A DNA stretch of 64,000 nt from a virus (lineage: Duplodnaviria > Heunggongvirae > Uroviricota > Caudoviricetes). How positions within the stretch are numbered: the first letter of the stretch is position 1; the number at the start of each line of letters is the position of its first letter. Shown here piece after piece: positions 1-9,112 of this stretch. The position numbers and the translations under genes were made by a program. The notes beneath the pieces are model-generated. The model worked only from the letters and a program-made list of their open reading frames with translations, searched no databases and was not told the DNA's origin. The stretch covers positions 323,655 through 387,654 of the IMG/VR virus record IMGVR_UViG_3300031998_000001; one strand, given 5' to 3'.

Positions 1-378
1 GCGCAGAAGGCAATCATAGAGAACCAACTCCACAAGCGTTTCGCGCCAGAGTTCCTCAACCGCCTCGACGGTATATGCTACTTCGAGAACTTGGGCGACG
101 CGGAGTTCAACCGAATATACGACCGCGAACTCAAGGCTGGCACGGAGGAGATAGCCGAACTCGGCTATACGCTCAAGACCGACAGGAAGGTTCGCGCCCT
201 CATCGTCGATGAGGCGAAGAAGGAAAATCTCGGTGCGAGGGCGTTGCTCCGAGTAATCCAGCAGAAACTCCTCGATGTCGTCACCAACATTATGATTGAC
301 AACGAGGGCGACAAGAGGGTGATACAGGCGACAGTCAACAAGGACAACGAAATAACCGTAAAACTTGCCAGCAAATGA
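1..378 (+). CDS. ClpA/B/C-family AAA+ ATPase, C-terminal part (5' truncated by window)
   Basis: The frame is open from base 1: AQKAIIENQLHKRFAPEFLNRLDGICYF...NLGARALLRVIQ, matching the F-x-PEFLNRLD and GAR-x-L motifs of the Clp D2-small domain. Confidence 0.88.
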   Translation, partial: AQKAIIENQLHKRFAPEFLNRLDGICYFENLGDAEFNRIYDRELKAGTEEIAELGYTLKTDRKVRALIVDEAKKENLGARALLRVIQQKLLDVVTNIMIDNEGDKRVIQATVNKDNEITVKLASK

Positions 379-641
379 GAGTTTACATAAAGAACGAAAC
401 ATTGCACCCCAGAAACGAAAAGTGCCTCAAAAGGCTTCTAAACAGCAAATACAAGGGGTATGAGTTTTCAACGGGGCTTCACAGCATAACGCTCGAACGG
501 GTGGACGAACTCAACGCGCTCGTCCGCGACATAATAGGGGAGTTCGGTCAGACAAGCATATATCCGTTCATAACCCCGTTCAACGACACTATGTGCATTT
601 CGTTTCGGGAGATGGACATCGACACAAGGCGGTTCAAGTGA
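375..641 (+). CDS. hypothetical protein (88 aa)
   Basis: ATGA overlap with the upstream stop; operon context. Confidence 0.6.
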   Translation: MRVYIKNETLHPRNEKCLKRLLNSKYKGYEFSTGLHSITLERVDELNALVRDIIGEFGQTSIYPFITPFNDTMCISFREMDIDTRRFK

Positions 642-642
642 T

Positions 643-786
643 ATGGAAAGGAAGGATTGCAGACATCTCGGAAAACTCGCGGGGACTGGTACGGAAATGT
701 GCCTTGCCGACGATGATGTGTCGTTCCCGAAGTGCTCGGACAAGTGCCCGCACTATGAAAAGGCGGTTTCCGAAAGAAAAAACTGA
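643..786 (+). CDS. small Cys-rich protein (47 aa, MERKDCRHLGK...CSDKCPHYE)
   Basis: Read by eye, below the ORF-track cutoff; fills the gap just after the previous stop; 4 Cys. Confidence 0.5.
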   Translation: MERKDCRHLGKLAGTGTEMCLADDDVSFPKCSDKCPHYEKAVSERKN

Positions 787-840
787 AATCGCAATAGATA
801 AACTATATATTAGGAATCGAAAGGAAAAGGTTTTTGGATT

Positions 841-1236
841 ATGAACTTTGCATACGGCATACAGCCAAGCCTCCACCAGCCCGAAAGGAAGTTTGTCGGG
901 AAGGCGGACACGGACGAATGGGAGATAATGACGGACAACGGGTGGAAGGATGTCAAGACGGTAGGCAAGACAGTCCCGTACGAAGTATGGGAGGTCTGGA
1001 CTGACGGGAACAAGTTGCTCCGCTGTGCCGACACCCACATAGTGTACGACGAAGAATGGGACGAGATATATGTCTGCAACCTCAACTCCCAGTCGAGACC
1101 AGATATGGTGCAGACGGCTGACGGGGAGGAGATGGTCGAGGTCGCGTTCAACACGCGGGAGAGGGAGAATATGTACGACATAGAGGTTGACGATGTTGAC
1201 CACAGGTATTACGCCAACGGCTTCGTCTCCCACAAC
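841..1236 (+). mobile_element. large C-fragment (132 aa) of an atypically split intein
   Basis: Has block B (xxxH), block F and terminal His-Asn followed by Ser+1; no block A (N-terminal Cys/Ser) and no homing endonuclease. Confidence 0.85.
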
Positions 1237-2169
1237 AGCATATTCCTGTGCAACGATGCCACGACATTCTGCCGTATGGGGAAGAATGTCATCTACATCA
1301 CCTGCGAGATGAGCGACCGAAAAATCATAAAGCGTATCGGCGCGAATATGCTCGACATAGAACTGAAGGACTACAACCGCATCGCGTCCGACCAGCGTCT
1401 TATGTTCGACAGGATACAGGCGTTTCGGAGCAAGCAGTTGACACCTCTCGGAAGGCTGTTCGTCAAGGAGTACCCGACAGGCTCGGCTACGGTGATAGAT
1501 GTTGAGAACTATATGAAGAAGATACAGGAGAAGCACGGGATAAAGATAGATGTCCTCGTAATCGACTATATCAACATTATGAGGAACTACCGATGTTCCG
1601 ATGCCTCCAACACATACATATACATCAAGACGCTCGCGGAGGACTTGCGCGGACTTGCGGTCAAGTATGAGATACTTGTGATAACCGCAACGCAGATTAA
1701 CCGAAGCGGGTTCGACACTTCGGACATAACGGTGGCGAATATGAGCGAAAGTACGGGCTTGCTCAACACGGCAGACCAAGGCTACGGCATCATTCAGGAC
1801 GCGACAATGAGGGCGGACAAGTTATACAACCTCAAGATACTCAAAATCAGGGACGGCTACGGGAAGAACCACAAGATGGTGCTCTCGATAGACTACAAGA
1901 AGATGAGGCTCGTCGAGGAAGGCACCGTATATGACGAAAACGGCGATACGGTTATGGACACGAGAGGCTCGACAAGGGAAACCGCATCGGCTACGAGGAG
2001 TTTCAACCCAGCGACAGACGGGGGCAAGACCATAGCGGAACGCTTCAACCCAAGCGACAACGGATTCGGTCTGCCGAGCGGTTCTGGCGCAGGCTCGAAG
2101 AAGCAGGACATTGTTACCGAAGCACCGAAGGTATCGGAGAATGTAGATATAAACAACTTGGACTTTTAG
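841..2169 (+). CDS. C-terminal half of T4 gp41-like replicative helicase fused to a C-intein fragment (split gene)
   Basis: Intein motifs CADTH and MYDIEV...YYANGFVSHN|S, then SF4 helicase motifs VIYITCEM, VKEYPT, VIDYINIM, TATQINR, SES; the N-terminal domain and Walker A GK are absent. Confidence 0.9.
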   Translation: MNFAYGIQPSLHQPERKFVGKADTDEWEIMTDNGWKDVKTVGKTVPYEVWEVWTDGNKLLRCADTHIVYDEEWDEIYVCNLNSQSRPDMVQTADGEEMVEVAFNTRERENMYDIEVDDVDHRYYANGFVSHNSIFLCNDATTFCRMGKNVIYITCEMSDRKIIKRIGANMLDIELKDYNRIASDQRLMFDRIQAFRSKQLTPLGRLFVKEYPTGSATVIDVENYMKKIQEKHGIKIDVLVIDYINIMRNYRCSDASNTYIYIKTLAEDLRGLAVKYEILVITATQINRSGFDTSDITVANMSESTGLLNTADQGYGIIQDATMRADKLYNLKILKIRDGYGKNHKMVLSIDYKKMRLVEEGTVYDENGDTVMDTRGSTRETASATRSFNPATDGGKTIAERFNPSDNGFGLPSGSGAGSKKQDIVTEAPKVSENVDINNLDF

Positions 2170-2172
2170 GCT

Positions 2173-2544
2173 ATGGAAAGAAAGCGGGAAGGACTATGGA
2201 CAAGGAAGGGAGTGCCGTTCCATACTTGGTACACGCTCAACCGCAACCCGCACGACCTCTGCCCCCCGCCTATGTCGGAGGCGGACTTCGAGAAGTTCCT
2301 GCTACGCTATCTCGAAAAGGACTTCCTCACGACACTATCCCTGTCCGATGCGCAGACGCGGACGGAACTCCTGTGGACGATACTGTACCACTACTCGCCA
2401 GAGTTCAGGGAGGAATGGGAGGACACCAGAAGGAGAAGAAGGCAGGTCAACAAGCCGAAATGGGAAAGGAAGTTAAACATATTCACATATAAACTAAAAA
2501 GGAAAGCAAATGGAGCATTCAAGAAATTTCAAGGAAAGGAATGA
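2173..2544 (+). CDS. hypothetical protein
   Basis: ORF in a tightly packed + strand operon. Confidence 0.6.
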   Translation: MERKREGLWTRKGVPFHTWYTLNRNPHDLCPPPMSEADFEKFLLRYLEKDFLTTLSLSDAQTRTELLWTILYHYSPEFREEWEDTRRRRRQVNKPKWERKLNIFTYKLKRKANGAFKKFQGKE

Positions 2545-2773
2545 TGTCCGCGTAGTATCAATAGAAAGGGCGGGAAGCGGATACCCGCTCGGTGACTGGC
2601 TCTATGATGTCGTGGTCGATGCCTACGGGGAAATAGAGGAACACAACGGAGTGGTGGCGAACAGGGACTTCAGGAGTTTCAAGGACTCGCTCATAAGGAG
2701 GATGAACAGGCTGAACATAGACAACGAGGCGGAAACGGAGGAAATGTTCAGGGAAGCCAACTATATGGGATAG
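2510..2773 (+). CDS. hypothetical protein
   Basis: Overlapping ORF, phage-like codon usage. Confidence 0.6.
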   Translation: MEHSRNFKERNDVRVVSIERAGSGYPLGDWLYDVVVDAYGEIEEHNGVVANRDFRSFKDSLIRRMNRLNIDNEAETEEMFREANYMG

Positions 2774-2820
2774 CACTCTCCGTATAAATAAGATGTTAGT
2801 AACTTTTAAATCTAATTGAT

Positions 2821-3042
2821 ATGAACCTGAAAGATGCAATAAGCGTAGTGGAACAGGCACTCGAAATCGCACGCAAGGCTGGGGTATATACATTCGCGGA
2901 CAGCGCGATGATATATTCGGCACTCGGCACTCTCTCACAACTCAAGGAAGCGCAGGCGCAGGCGGAGGCGGGAAAGTCGGAACAGCCGAAACCAGAAGAG
3001 CCGAAGGGCGAGGAAGCACCGAAGAAAAGGAACGAAAAATAG
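2821..3042 (+). CDS. hypothetical protein (73 aa)
   Basis: Preceded by TATAAATA (~2783), followed by a terminator. Confidence 0.7.
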   Translation: MNLKDAISVVEQALEIARKAGVYTFADSAMIYSALGTLSQLKEAQAQAEAGKSEQPKPEEPKGEEAPKKRNEK

Positions 3043-3062
3043 TCGGGTGCGTGCCAGATGAC

Positions 3063-3092
3063 AAAAAAAGGCGGGCAAGACTCGCCTTTTTG
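3063..3092. terminator. bidirectional intrinsic terminator
   Basis: AAAAAAAGGCGGG-caaga-CTCGCCTTTTT. Confidence 0.7.
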
Positions 3093-3151
3093 CACATATA
3101 ATCTGAAATAAAATATTTTTTCCTATATATTGGTTATAAATAACATCTACA

Positions 3152-3736
3152 ATGGAAAAGCAAAAACTTATATTCAGGCTGCACATCCCGTTCTGGAACG
3201 AGGACGACCATCCGTTCACGATAATCGGAAAGGACGCGGAAGAAACTCTCCCCTTTGTAACTGGCTATGTTGACGGTTCACAGGAGATAATATGGAACAT
3301 AGACATCGAGACTGGCAAGGTCTTGGAATGGAACGGCAACGCCGTCTATGTGTTCGACAAACTCCGCGACAACGGGACATACGAACTCGTGATAGGCGAT
3401 GATGTCGTAAGGACGCTTATGAACTATGTGCCAGACTTCTGCTGTATCGGCGAGAACGGCTATGGCGACTACATAAAACTCGATGTCGATGCCGACGGTT
3501 GCATACGCGGATGGAACAACAAGTTGAAGGACGAGTGCCTTACATTCTTCAACGCCATAACCCTCGATACGCTTGCAAGGGCTGGCGGGCTTGACGGGTG
3601 GTACGCGATGAACTACGACCCGCACGAGGAAGGCAGGCAGTTGATAAGACCGAACCTGTTGCTCATATCGGATGACGGACAGTACAAGTGCTTGGGCGAT
3701 GTAGTTGAAAACTTCTTGAAGGGGGGACGGAAATGA
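3152..3736 (+). CDS. hypothetical protein
   Basis: 194-aa ORF after TATAAATA. Confidence 0.75.
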   Translation: MEKQKLIFRLHIPFWNEDDHPFTIIGKDAEETLPFVTGYVDGSQEIIWNIDIETGKVLEWNGNAVYVFDKLRDNGTYELVIGDDVVRTLMNYVPDFCCIGENGYGDYIKLDVDADGCIRGWNNKLKDECLTFFNAITLDTLARAGGLDGWYAMNYDPHEEGRQLIRPNLLLISDDGQYKCLGDVVENFLKGGRK

Positions 3737-4182
3737 TTATCTGCGGTTATCAGGGAATAGGCAAGTCAACCGTTGCGGGGCAACTATATACGATTGACCT
3801 CGAAAGCAGCAACTTCTACATTGACGGGGAGAGGGACGAGAACTGGTACAAGGTCTATGCGAACTTTGCACGGCACTTGTCCGAGCAGGGCTACATTGTG
3901 TTCACGGCAAGCCACAAGTTGTTCCGCGAATATATGAACTTACAGGGCATAGAGTTCGTGACCGTATCTCCCGCGCTCGAACTGAAGGACGAGTGGGTGG
4001 AGAAGTTGAACCAGCGTTACCTTGCCGACAGGACGGAGAAGAACTATCGGGCGTATATGAACGCGAAGATAAGTTACGAGGACAATATAAGGGACTTGCA
4101 GTCGGAAAAGAACGCCTACATCATAAATAGTATGGACTATAAGATGTACGATGTCATTCGTGAAATCAGCGAAAGGTTTTAA
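3733..4182 (+). CDS. P-loop NTPase / nucleotide kinase-like protein
   Basis: N-terminal Walker A IICGYQGIGKST. Confidence 0.7.
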   Translation: MIICGYQGIGKSTVAGQLYTIDLESSNFYIDGERDENWYKVYANFARHLSEQGYIVFTASHKLFREYMNLQGIEFVTVSPALELKDEWVEKLNQRYLADRTEKNYRAYMNAKISYEDNIRDLQSEKNAYIINSMDYKMYDVIREISERF

Positions 4183-4238
4183 CTTATGTTTGTCGGAATA
4201 GCCATATTGTGCGCTGAAGATATTAAAATTGAATAGGA

Positions 4239-4622
4239 GTGGTACATATTAAAAGGATAAATGAAATGAACGGAATTGCAAACTTAACGGAAAGGCACAA
4301 GGAAATATATTGCATATTGTCATCACTCGCGAAGCGAGTCGGGGACTGCCAGTTTTGCGTGTTTCCGATGGACGACCCCGACTTCACGGAAGTTGAAGAC
4401 GGCACGCTTTTCATAAGCGTTGGCGGCGGTCATAACGGCGGAAGCGCGGTCGGAGGTTTCAAGGAAAACTGGGAGGAGTATTTCGATACGCTTTCAAAGT
4501 TTGTCCGTATGGCGAGCGATAGCGGATTGCGGCTATGGATGGTCGATGCAAGCAATGACTGCCTTGACGATATGTTTACCGTTCGGTTCGGTGTTGGTGA
4601 TAAAAATAGAAAGGAGCGATAA
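4239..4622 (+). CDS. putative head-internal protein (leader MVHIKRINEM)
   Basis: Shared N-terminal leader motif; GTG start after AGGA. Confidence 0.65.
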   Translation: MVHIKRINEMNGIANLTERHKEIYCILSSLAKRVGDCQFCVFPMDDPDFTEVEDGTLFISVGGGHNGGSAVGGFKENWEEYFDTLSKFVRMASDSGLRLWMVDASNDCLDDMFTVRFGVGDKNRKER

Positions 4623-4623
4623 A

Positions 4624-5217
4624 ATGCACGAATGGGGCGACCAGTGGTTCAAGGAGCACGGAGACCACCTTTACAGCGCGATTGACGCTTTGGAAAAACG
4701 CATACGCAAGTGGGCGTTGATGCCAGTATGCGGGAAGGAGAAATACGGAACCTACAGGGACGAATTTCTTTCGTTCTGGGACGGAAGCATCGGTTCGCTT
4801 TTCTGCGGTTACAGGATATGGTGGGGTGCTAACTGGTGGACGAAACTGTGGTTCAAGTTAGACCACTATCTCATCCCGTACAGGAAGTCGCAGTTCGGCT
4901 GGCTTCGCGGAGGCATTGCCGACTTCAACAGGCTCATAGGGCTTGTTCGCCTTGTCAACTGGTGGCAGGCTCGAAGGCTCAACAAGGCGTTCCAAGTGAC
5001 CTGCAAGGAGTACCCCGATGTGATTGACGAACTCGTAATGGACACGGACTGCTACAGGTGCATAAAGCCGTGCCGTTGGGGTGATGTTGACGGGGAGGCG
5101 ATACACCGCAAGTATTGGATACCCCTGAAGCCGAAGACCGAAACGGTAACTTTCGAGTGCAGTGGCGTTACTTGCACTGCGCAGGTCGAAGTTGAACAAG
5201 ATGATGAAACTAACTAA
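4624..5217 (+). CDS. hypothetical protein (Trp-rich)
   Basis: Start re-called at MHEWGDQ, immediately after the previous stop. Confidence 0.65.
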   Translation: MHEWGDQWFKEHGDHLYSAIDALEKRIRKWALMPVCGKEKYGTYRDEFLSFWDGSIGSLFCGYRIWWGANWWTKLWFKLDHYLIPYRKSQFGWLRGGIADFNRLIGLVRLVNWWQARRLNKAFQVTCKEYPDVIDELVMDTDCYRCIKPCRWGDVDGEAIHRKYWIPLKPKTETVTFECSGVTCTAQVEVEQDDETN

Positions 5218-5229
5218 CCAAATAGTTAA

Positions 5230-5841
5230 ATGAGCGAAAAGAAATTTTATGCAGGGGTTGTCGATATATTCGACAAGGACATCAACGGCAACCCAGAGAA
5301 AAGTTGCGAAATGGTTATCAGCGATACTGTTCCTGAAATAACGCACGATTCGTGGTTCTTCCGCTATTATGCGAATTTTCATAAGTACGAAACACTCGAT
5401 GTGTCGTCACAGAATGAACTTATGAACGAAAGAAGAATAGATTGTTTCTGGAATATGCTCCTCAAACGGCTCGAAAAGGAAAGCACCAATGAGATTGTCG
5501 GCGATGTATATGAACTGGGTGAGGAGACCTTGGAAAAAATGAAAGCGATACGCGACGATGCGGAACGCGAAATGACAGCCATCAGGAATGAAATTGTGGC
5601 GTTGTCCAGAAAGCACCTTGAAATTGCGTGCAACGCCAACGGTCGGATGCGCGAACTTCTCGAAAAGGACGGTAGGGTTGTAGATGGCAGAGAACTCGTC
5701 GAAATGACGGGCGAGGTCGCGCTATTGGAGCATAGCGCAGTGGCTAATCCGAAAGTCCGTGACCTTTTTGGTCTCAAGGAACTTTGGTGGGGCAAACCGC
5801 AAAACGGCAATTCCGATGAAAAGCAGGACAAAAACGAGTAG
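5230..5841 (+). CDS. hypothetical protein
   Basis: Operon ORF with a coiled-coil-like middle. Confidence 0.65.
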   Translation: MSEKKFYAGVVDIFDKDINGNPEKSCEMVISDTVPEITHDSWFFRYYANFHKYETLDVSSQNELMNERRIDCFWNMLLKRLEKESTNEIVGDVYELGEETLEKMKAIRDDAEREMTAIRNEIVALSRKHLEIACNANGRMRELLEKDGRVVDGRELVEMTGEVALLEHSAVANPKVRDLFGLKELWWGKPQNGNSDEKQDKNE

Positions 5842-5843
5842 TT

Positions 5844-6353
5844 ATGCCAGCGACAATACTTGACGGGAACAGATACTTGGAGATGGAAGACGCATTGTTC
5901 AATATGTACAATGCGATTTCCAGCCTGCGCAGGCTCGTGATACTCTGCGAGCGCGAAGGCGAGATAACATACACGGACGAGGGGCGGGGTCTGTACTCGA
6001 ACCTGAACGACCTGCAACGGGCATACCTGCACTTCGAGGAAGGGGGCATAAGGCACATATTCTCCGAAGCGGAGATAACCGCGACACCGAGAGGCGAAAA
6101 TCCTATGCTCGACCAACTCATAGACGAGTATTACGAAAGGCACGGCAAGCGGATTTCCTGCGGTGAAGCCGAAGGTGTGTACGAGGGCATAGGCGAGGAC
6201 TATATGGACTTCTACAGAATATTGCGCACGGACACTGGCGATGAAGTCTGGTGCAGGCTGTGCGAGGAAATGAAAGTGATTGGCAACGAAAACGATAAAG
6301 GCGATGGCAACAAAAAAGAACAACGGGACGCTGACACAGAAGGAGGCTTCTGA
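5844..6353 (+). CDS. hypothetical protein
   Basis: Operon ORF. Confidence 0.65.
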   Translation: MPATILDGNRYLEMEDALFNMYNAISSLRRLVILCEREGEITYTDEGRGLYSNLNDLQRAYLHFEEGGIRHIFSEAEITATPRGENPMLDQLIDEYYERHGKRISCGEAEGVYEGIGEDYMDFYRILRTDTGDEVWCRLCEEMKVIGNENDKGDGNKKEQRDADTEGGF

Positions 6354-6792
6354 AAGGGCGTACAGGAACAACAGGAAGTACAAGGGCGAAGGTGATGAAC
6401 TCGCACGGGCTATGTTCGTAAGCGGTATCCGCTACGAGCATTCAAGGCGCACGGACAAGGAAGCGTGGAAGGCAAAACTAAACAAAGTAATCGGGTTGCA
6501 GAAGGAGGCGGACAACTTCATAGACAAGTGCCACGATGCTGGCATAGACCTGTTCGAGACGACGCTCTACGAGAACTTCTCGAAGATGACGGACGACTAC
6601 ATTATGGAACTCTGCGGGGGCGACAAGGAACTCTTCGACGATGTGCAGTGGTACATATTCGAGTACCTCCCGCACCTTGAGGAGAACGATGCCGAGCCGT
6701 GCAAGGAAAACGCAATGGCGCACGATGGGGACGACAACCCGATACTTTATGATATGGACTCGCTCGCGGAGTGGATACTCGCGGGAGCATAA
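6304..6792 (+). CDS. hypothetical protein
   Basis: Start re-called at MATKKNNG. Confidence 0.65.
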   Translation: MATKKNNGTLTQKEASERAYRNNRKYKGEGDELARAMFVSGIRYEHSRRTDKEAWKAKLNKVIGLQKEADNFIDKCHDAGIDLFETTLYENFSKMTDDYIMELCGGDKELFDDVQWYIFEYLPHLEENDAEPCKENAMAHDGDDNPILYDMDSLAEWILAGA

Positions 6793-6803
6793 GGCGCAAT
6801 GAT

Positions 6804-7091
6804 ATGGAAAAGAAACTGCTCACGGAGGAAATGTTGCTGAAGGGCGGGTTCGTCTTGCAGGAAGGCTTGGACTTCCCGTTCGACTTCACACCGCTCTATG
6901 AGCACCCCGACACGAAGGTATATGCGATAAACTCGATGTGCGGGAACGACGGCTCGGAGGACGAACCAGTGTGGCTGTGGGGCTTCAACGACAACGGCAA
7001 GCCAGAGGGCGAGGGGACTACGCTTGACGAGTTCAACGGATTTCTTTCGGAGAACGGATGCGAAACATTAAAAACATCAGGGGAGGAATAG
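6804..7091 (+). CDS. hypothetical protein
   Basis: Start re-called at MEKKLL. Confidence 0.6.
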   Translation: MEKKLLTEEMLLKGGFVLQEGLDFPFDFTPLYEHPDTKVYAINSMCGNDGSEDEPVWLWGFNDNGKPEGEGTTLDEFNGFLSENGCETLKTSGEE

Positions 7092-7093
7092 AT

Positions 7094-7255
7094 ATGCCGA
7101 TAGTACCGAGTATGAAAGATATGGGCTTCGACATTCAGCCGACCATAATATATGAGAAAGTCGGAGAGGTATGCGTGGGGAGAAAGAGACGGAAGAAAGC
7201 GCACGGCGCGGAAGCCGATACTCTTGGAAAAGAAAAGCCCGATAGGAATGAATAA
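7094..7255 (+). CDS. small basic hypothetical protein
   Basis: MPIVPSMKDMG..., last ORF before the terminator. Confidence 0.45.
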   Translation: MPIVPSMKDMGFDIQPTIIYEKVGEVCVGRKRRKKAHGAEADTLGKEKPDRNE

Positions 7256-7256
7256 T

Positions 7257-7287
7257 AAAAAAAAAGGAACTCAACGCTCCTTTTTTT
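7257..7287. terminator. bidirectional terminator between convergent genes
   Basis: A-run-GGA..TCC-T-run hairpin. Confidence 0.55.
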
Positions 7288-7308
7288 ATTATTCTTATGG
7301 ATGCTCCG

Positions 7309-8019
7309 TTATTCTACCTCATAACAAGAATCATTATAGAAATCATTCAATTCGTCTCCTTTTTCTCTTACCATATCAGAAATTTCATTAAAATCATTTT
7401 TGAAATCACCAATCATCTTATTTTTGTCCGAAGGATTTAGCAAATCGCACCCATTCACCAATTTGGTATAAGTTTCTATTGCTTTTGCCACTTCATCTTT
7501 ATCTAATTCAAAATCTATGATATTCCCATCTTTGTCAATAGTTGACCAACCAGTAATACGAAAATTACATCTTACCTCTCTAACCTTGATGATGTTTTCG
7601 TCATTATATTCTGGATTATGACGAGTAATCTTATTATATGAAAAATATCCATTGTATTTTTTATGACTCTGCAAATCAAACTTATAATAATCAGGAAACG
7701 AATATGCGTTTGGTTTGGTATGACTCCATCCAGTTATACGATTTTCTTGAACAAATTTGTCAAGATAGTTGTTAAAATCAATTATTAGATTCTCATTTTT
7801 CGCTATCTTGTTTGATACGGTCGGTCTTGACATAAACCACCACCACAAGTCCATTTCATATTCAAAGGCGTGGTCGCCCGACGACCATTTATCTAATTCT
7901 TCGTGTTCAGCGGGTTCATAATAGTCATCTTTCCAATCATTATAATGGTCACCATCAAATTCATATCCGTGTGATTCTACGATATGTAAATATTCATCAA
8001 ATTTCATTATATGTGACAT
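7309..8019 (-). CDS. putative head-internal protein (leader MSHIMKFDEY), AT-rich
   Basis: Leader motif; TATAAATA at 8048-8055 (-); visibly lower GC than its neighbours. Confidence 0.75.
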   Translation of the reverse strand: MSHIMKFDEYLHIVESHGYEFDGDHYNDWKDDYYEPAEHEELDKWSSGDHAFEYEMDLWWWFMSRPTVSNKIAKNENLIIDFNNYLDKFVQENRITGWSHTKPNAYSFPDYYKFDLQSHKKYNGYFSYNKITRHNPEYNDENIIKVREVRCNFRITGWSTIDKDGNIIDFELDKDEVAKAIETYTKLVNGCDLLNPSDKNKMIGDFKNDFNEISDMVREKGDELNDFYNDSCYEVE

Positions 8020-8030
8020 AGTTTCAAAAT

Positions 8031-8099
8031 TTATATTATTCTACTATTATTTATATTTTGTGCTTCCGCTGGGATTTGCTACCTTTGCCGATGAAAAGA
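8031..8099. repeat. 69-bp dual promoter box, copy 1 (late TATAAATA on -, Bacteroidota-type TTTG-N19-TACCTTTG on +)
   Basis: 67/69 identical to 14798-14866. Confidence 0.85.
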
Positions 8100-8174
8100 C
8101 GGAAGCCGATACTGCGGACGCACCGAAAGGCAGTTCGGTGGAAATATAAATAAGTTAGTATATAACTTATCGAA

Positions 8175-8528
8175 ATGGTACACATTAGAAGAATTGATGA
8201 AATGGCTTCCCAGACACCAAAGGCAAGCGAAGTATATGATAAGGTCGTAAAAGGATGTAGTCCCTTTGAACTTTATGCAGAAAAAAATACCGATAAAAAA
8301 CGAGGAAAGATAATATTCAGACATAAATTTAGTAACGGTCACGAAACCGTTGAACTGTATTTTAGTAAAGAAACGGACGACATATATAGTTGTGTAATGT
8401 ATAAGGATATTAAAGGTCTTATGATACAACATTTTAGTAATGCAAAAACAATAAAGGACATAGATACCAAAACTTCTGATGAAGTTGCAACCGAAATAAT
8501 CTACTACATTAAAAGAGGATACTGCTAA
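8175..8528 (+). CDS. putative head-internal protein (leader MVHIRRIDEM), AT-rich
   Basis: Leader motif; TATAAATA ~8145. Confidence 0.75.
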   Translation: MVHIRRIDEMASQTPKASEVYDKVVKGCSPFELYAEKNTDKKRGKIIFRHKFSNGHETVELYFSKETDDIYSCVMYKDIKGLMIQHFSNAKTIKDIDTKTSDEVATEIIYYIKRGYC

Positions 8529-8550
8529 CAATTAACAACCAAAGCATATT

Positions 8551-9060
8551 ATGTCATCAAATTCAAACTACGGAATTATCCACAAGACGGACATCGTGAA
8601 GTTCCAGAGGCAGTGCCTTGCACCGTTGAGGGACGAAAAGATAGGCGAGACGCTCGAACGGGCGGCTGAACGCTATATGAAGATAAGGGCGGACATCATA
8701 CTGCTCGAAGCCGAGAAGAAGGCAATAGTCTCCCATATACGCTCGTTCGAGGACTGGGAGTATTTCCTTGATGCCTTCTCGGACACCTACCAGCCAGATG
8801 TGCCATACGAGAAGTTCAACTCCGTGTCGGTGTATTCGGTCAGGGACGAGGGAGGCTACGGCAAGGATATGGTGTGCCTCGAATATGACGAGCGCGGTTG
8901 CGGGGCAACCAAGTCGGCAAAGTGCGTGACCTTCGGGTGCTGTGCCTTTAAAGACCTGCTCGACATAGAAAGCATCATCGCCGAGCGCAAGCGGTACTAT
9001 GAAACGGACGACGGCGGAACGGACTGCTGTCGGACAATCTATTGCGGTGCGGAGGCATAA
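8551..9060 (+). CDS. hypothetical protein
   Basis: 169-aa ORF followed by a terminator hairpin (~9066-9092). Confidence 0.7.
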   Translation: MSSNSNYGIIHKTDIVKFQRQCLAPLRDEKIGETLERAAERYMKIRADIILLEAEKKAIVSHIRSFEDWEYFLDAFSDTYQPDVPYEKFNSVSVYSVRDEGGYGKDMVCLEYDERGCGATKSAKCVTFGCCAFKDLLDIESIIAERKRYYETDDGGTDCCRTIYCGAEA

Positions 9061-9112
9061 AATACAAAGGCGGTGTAACAACCGCCTTTTTTAATATATA
9101 GCCTATTTATAA

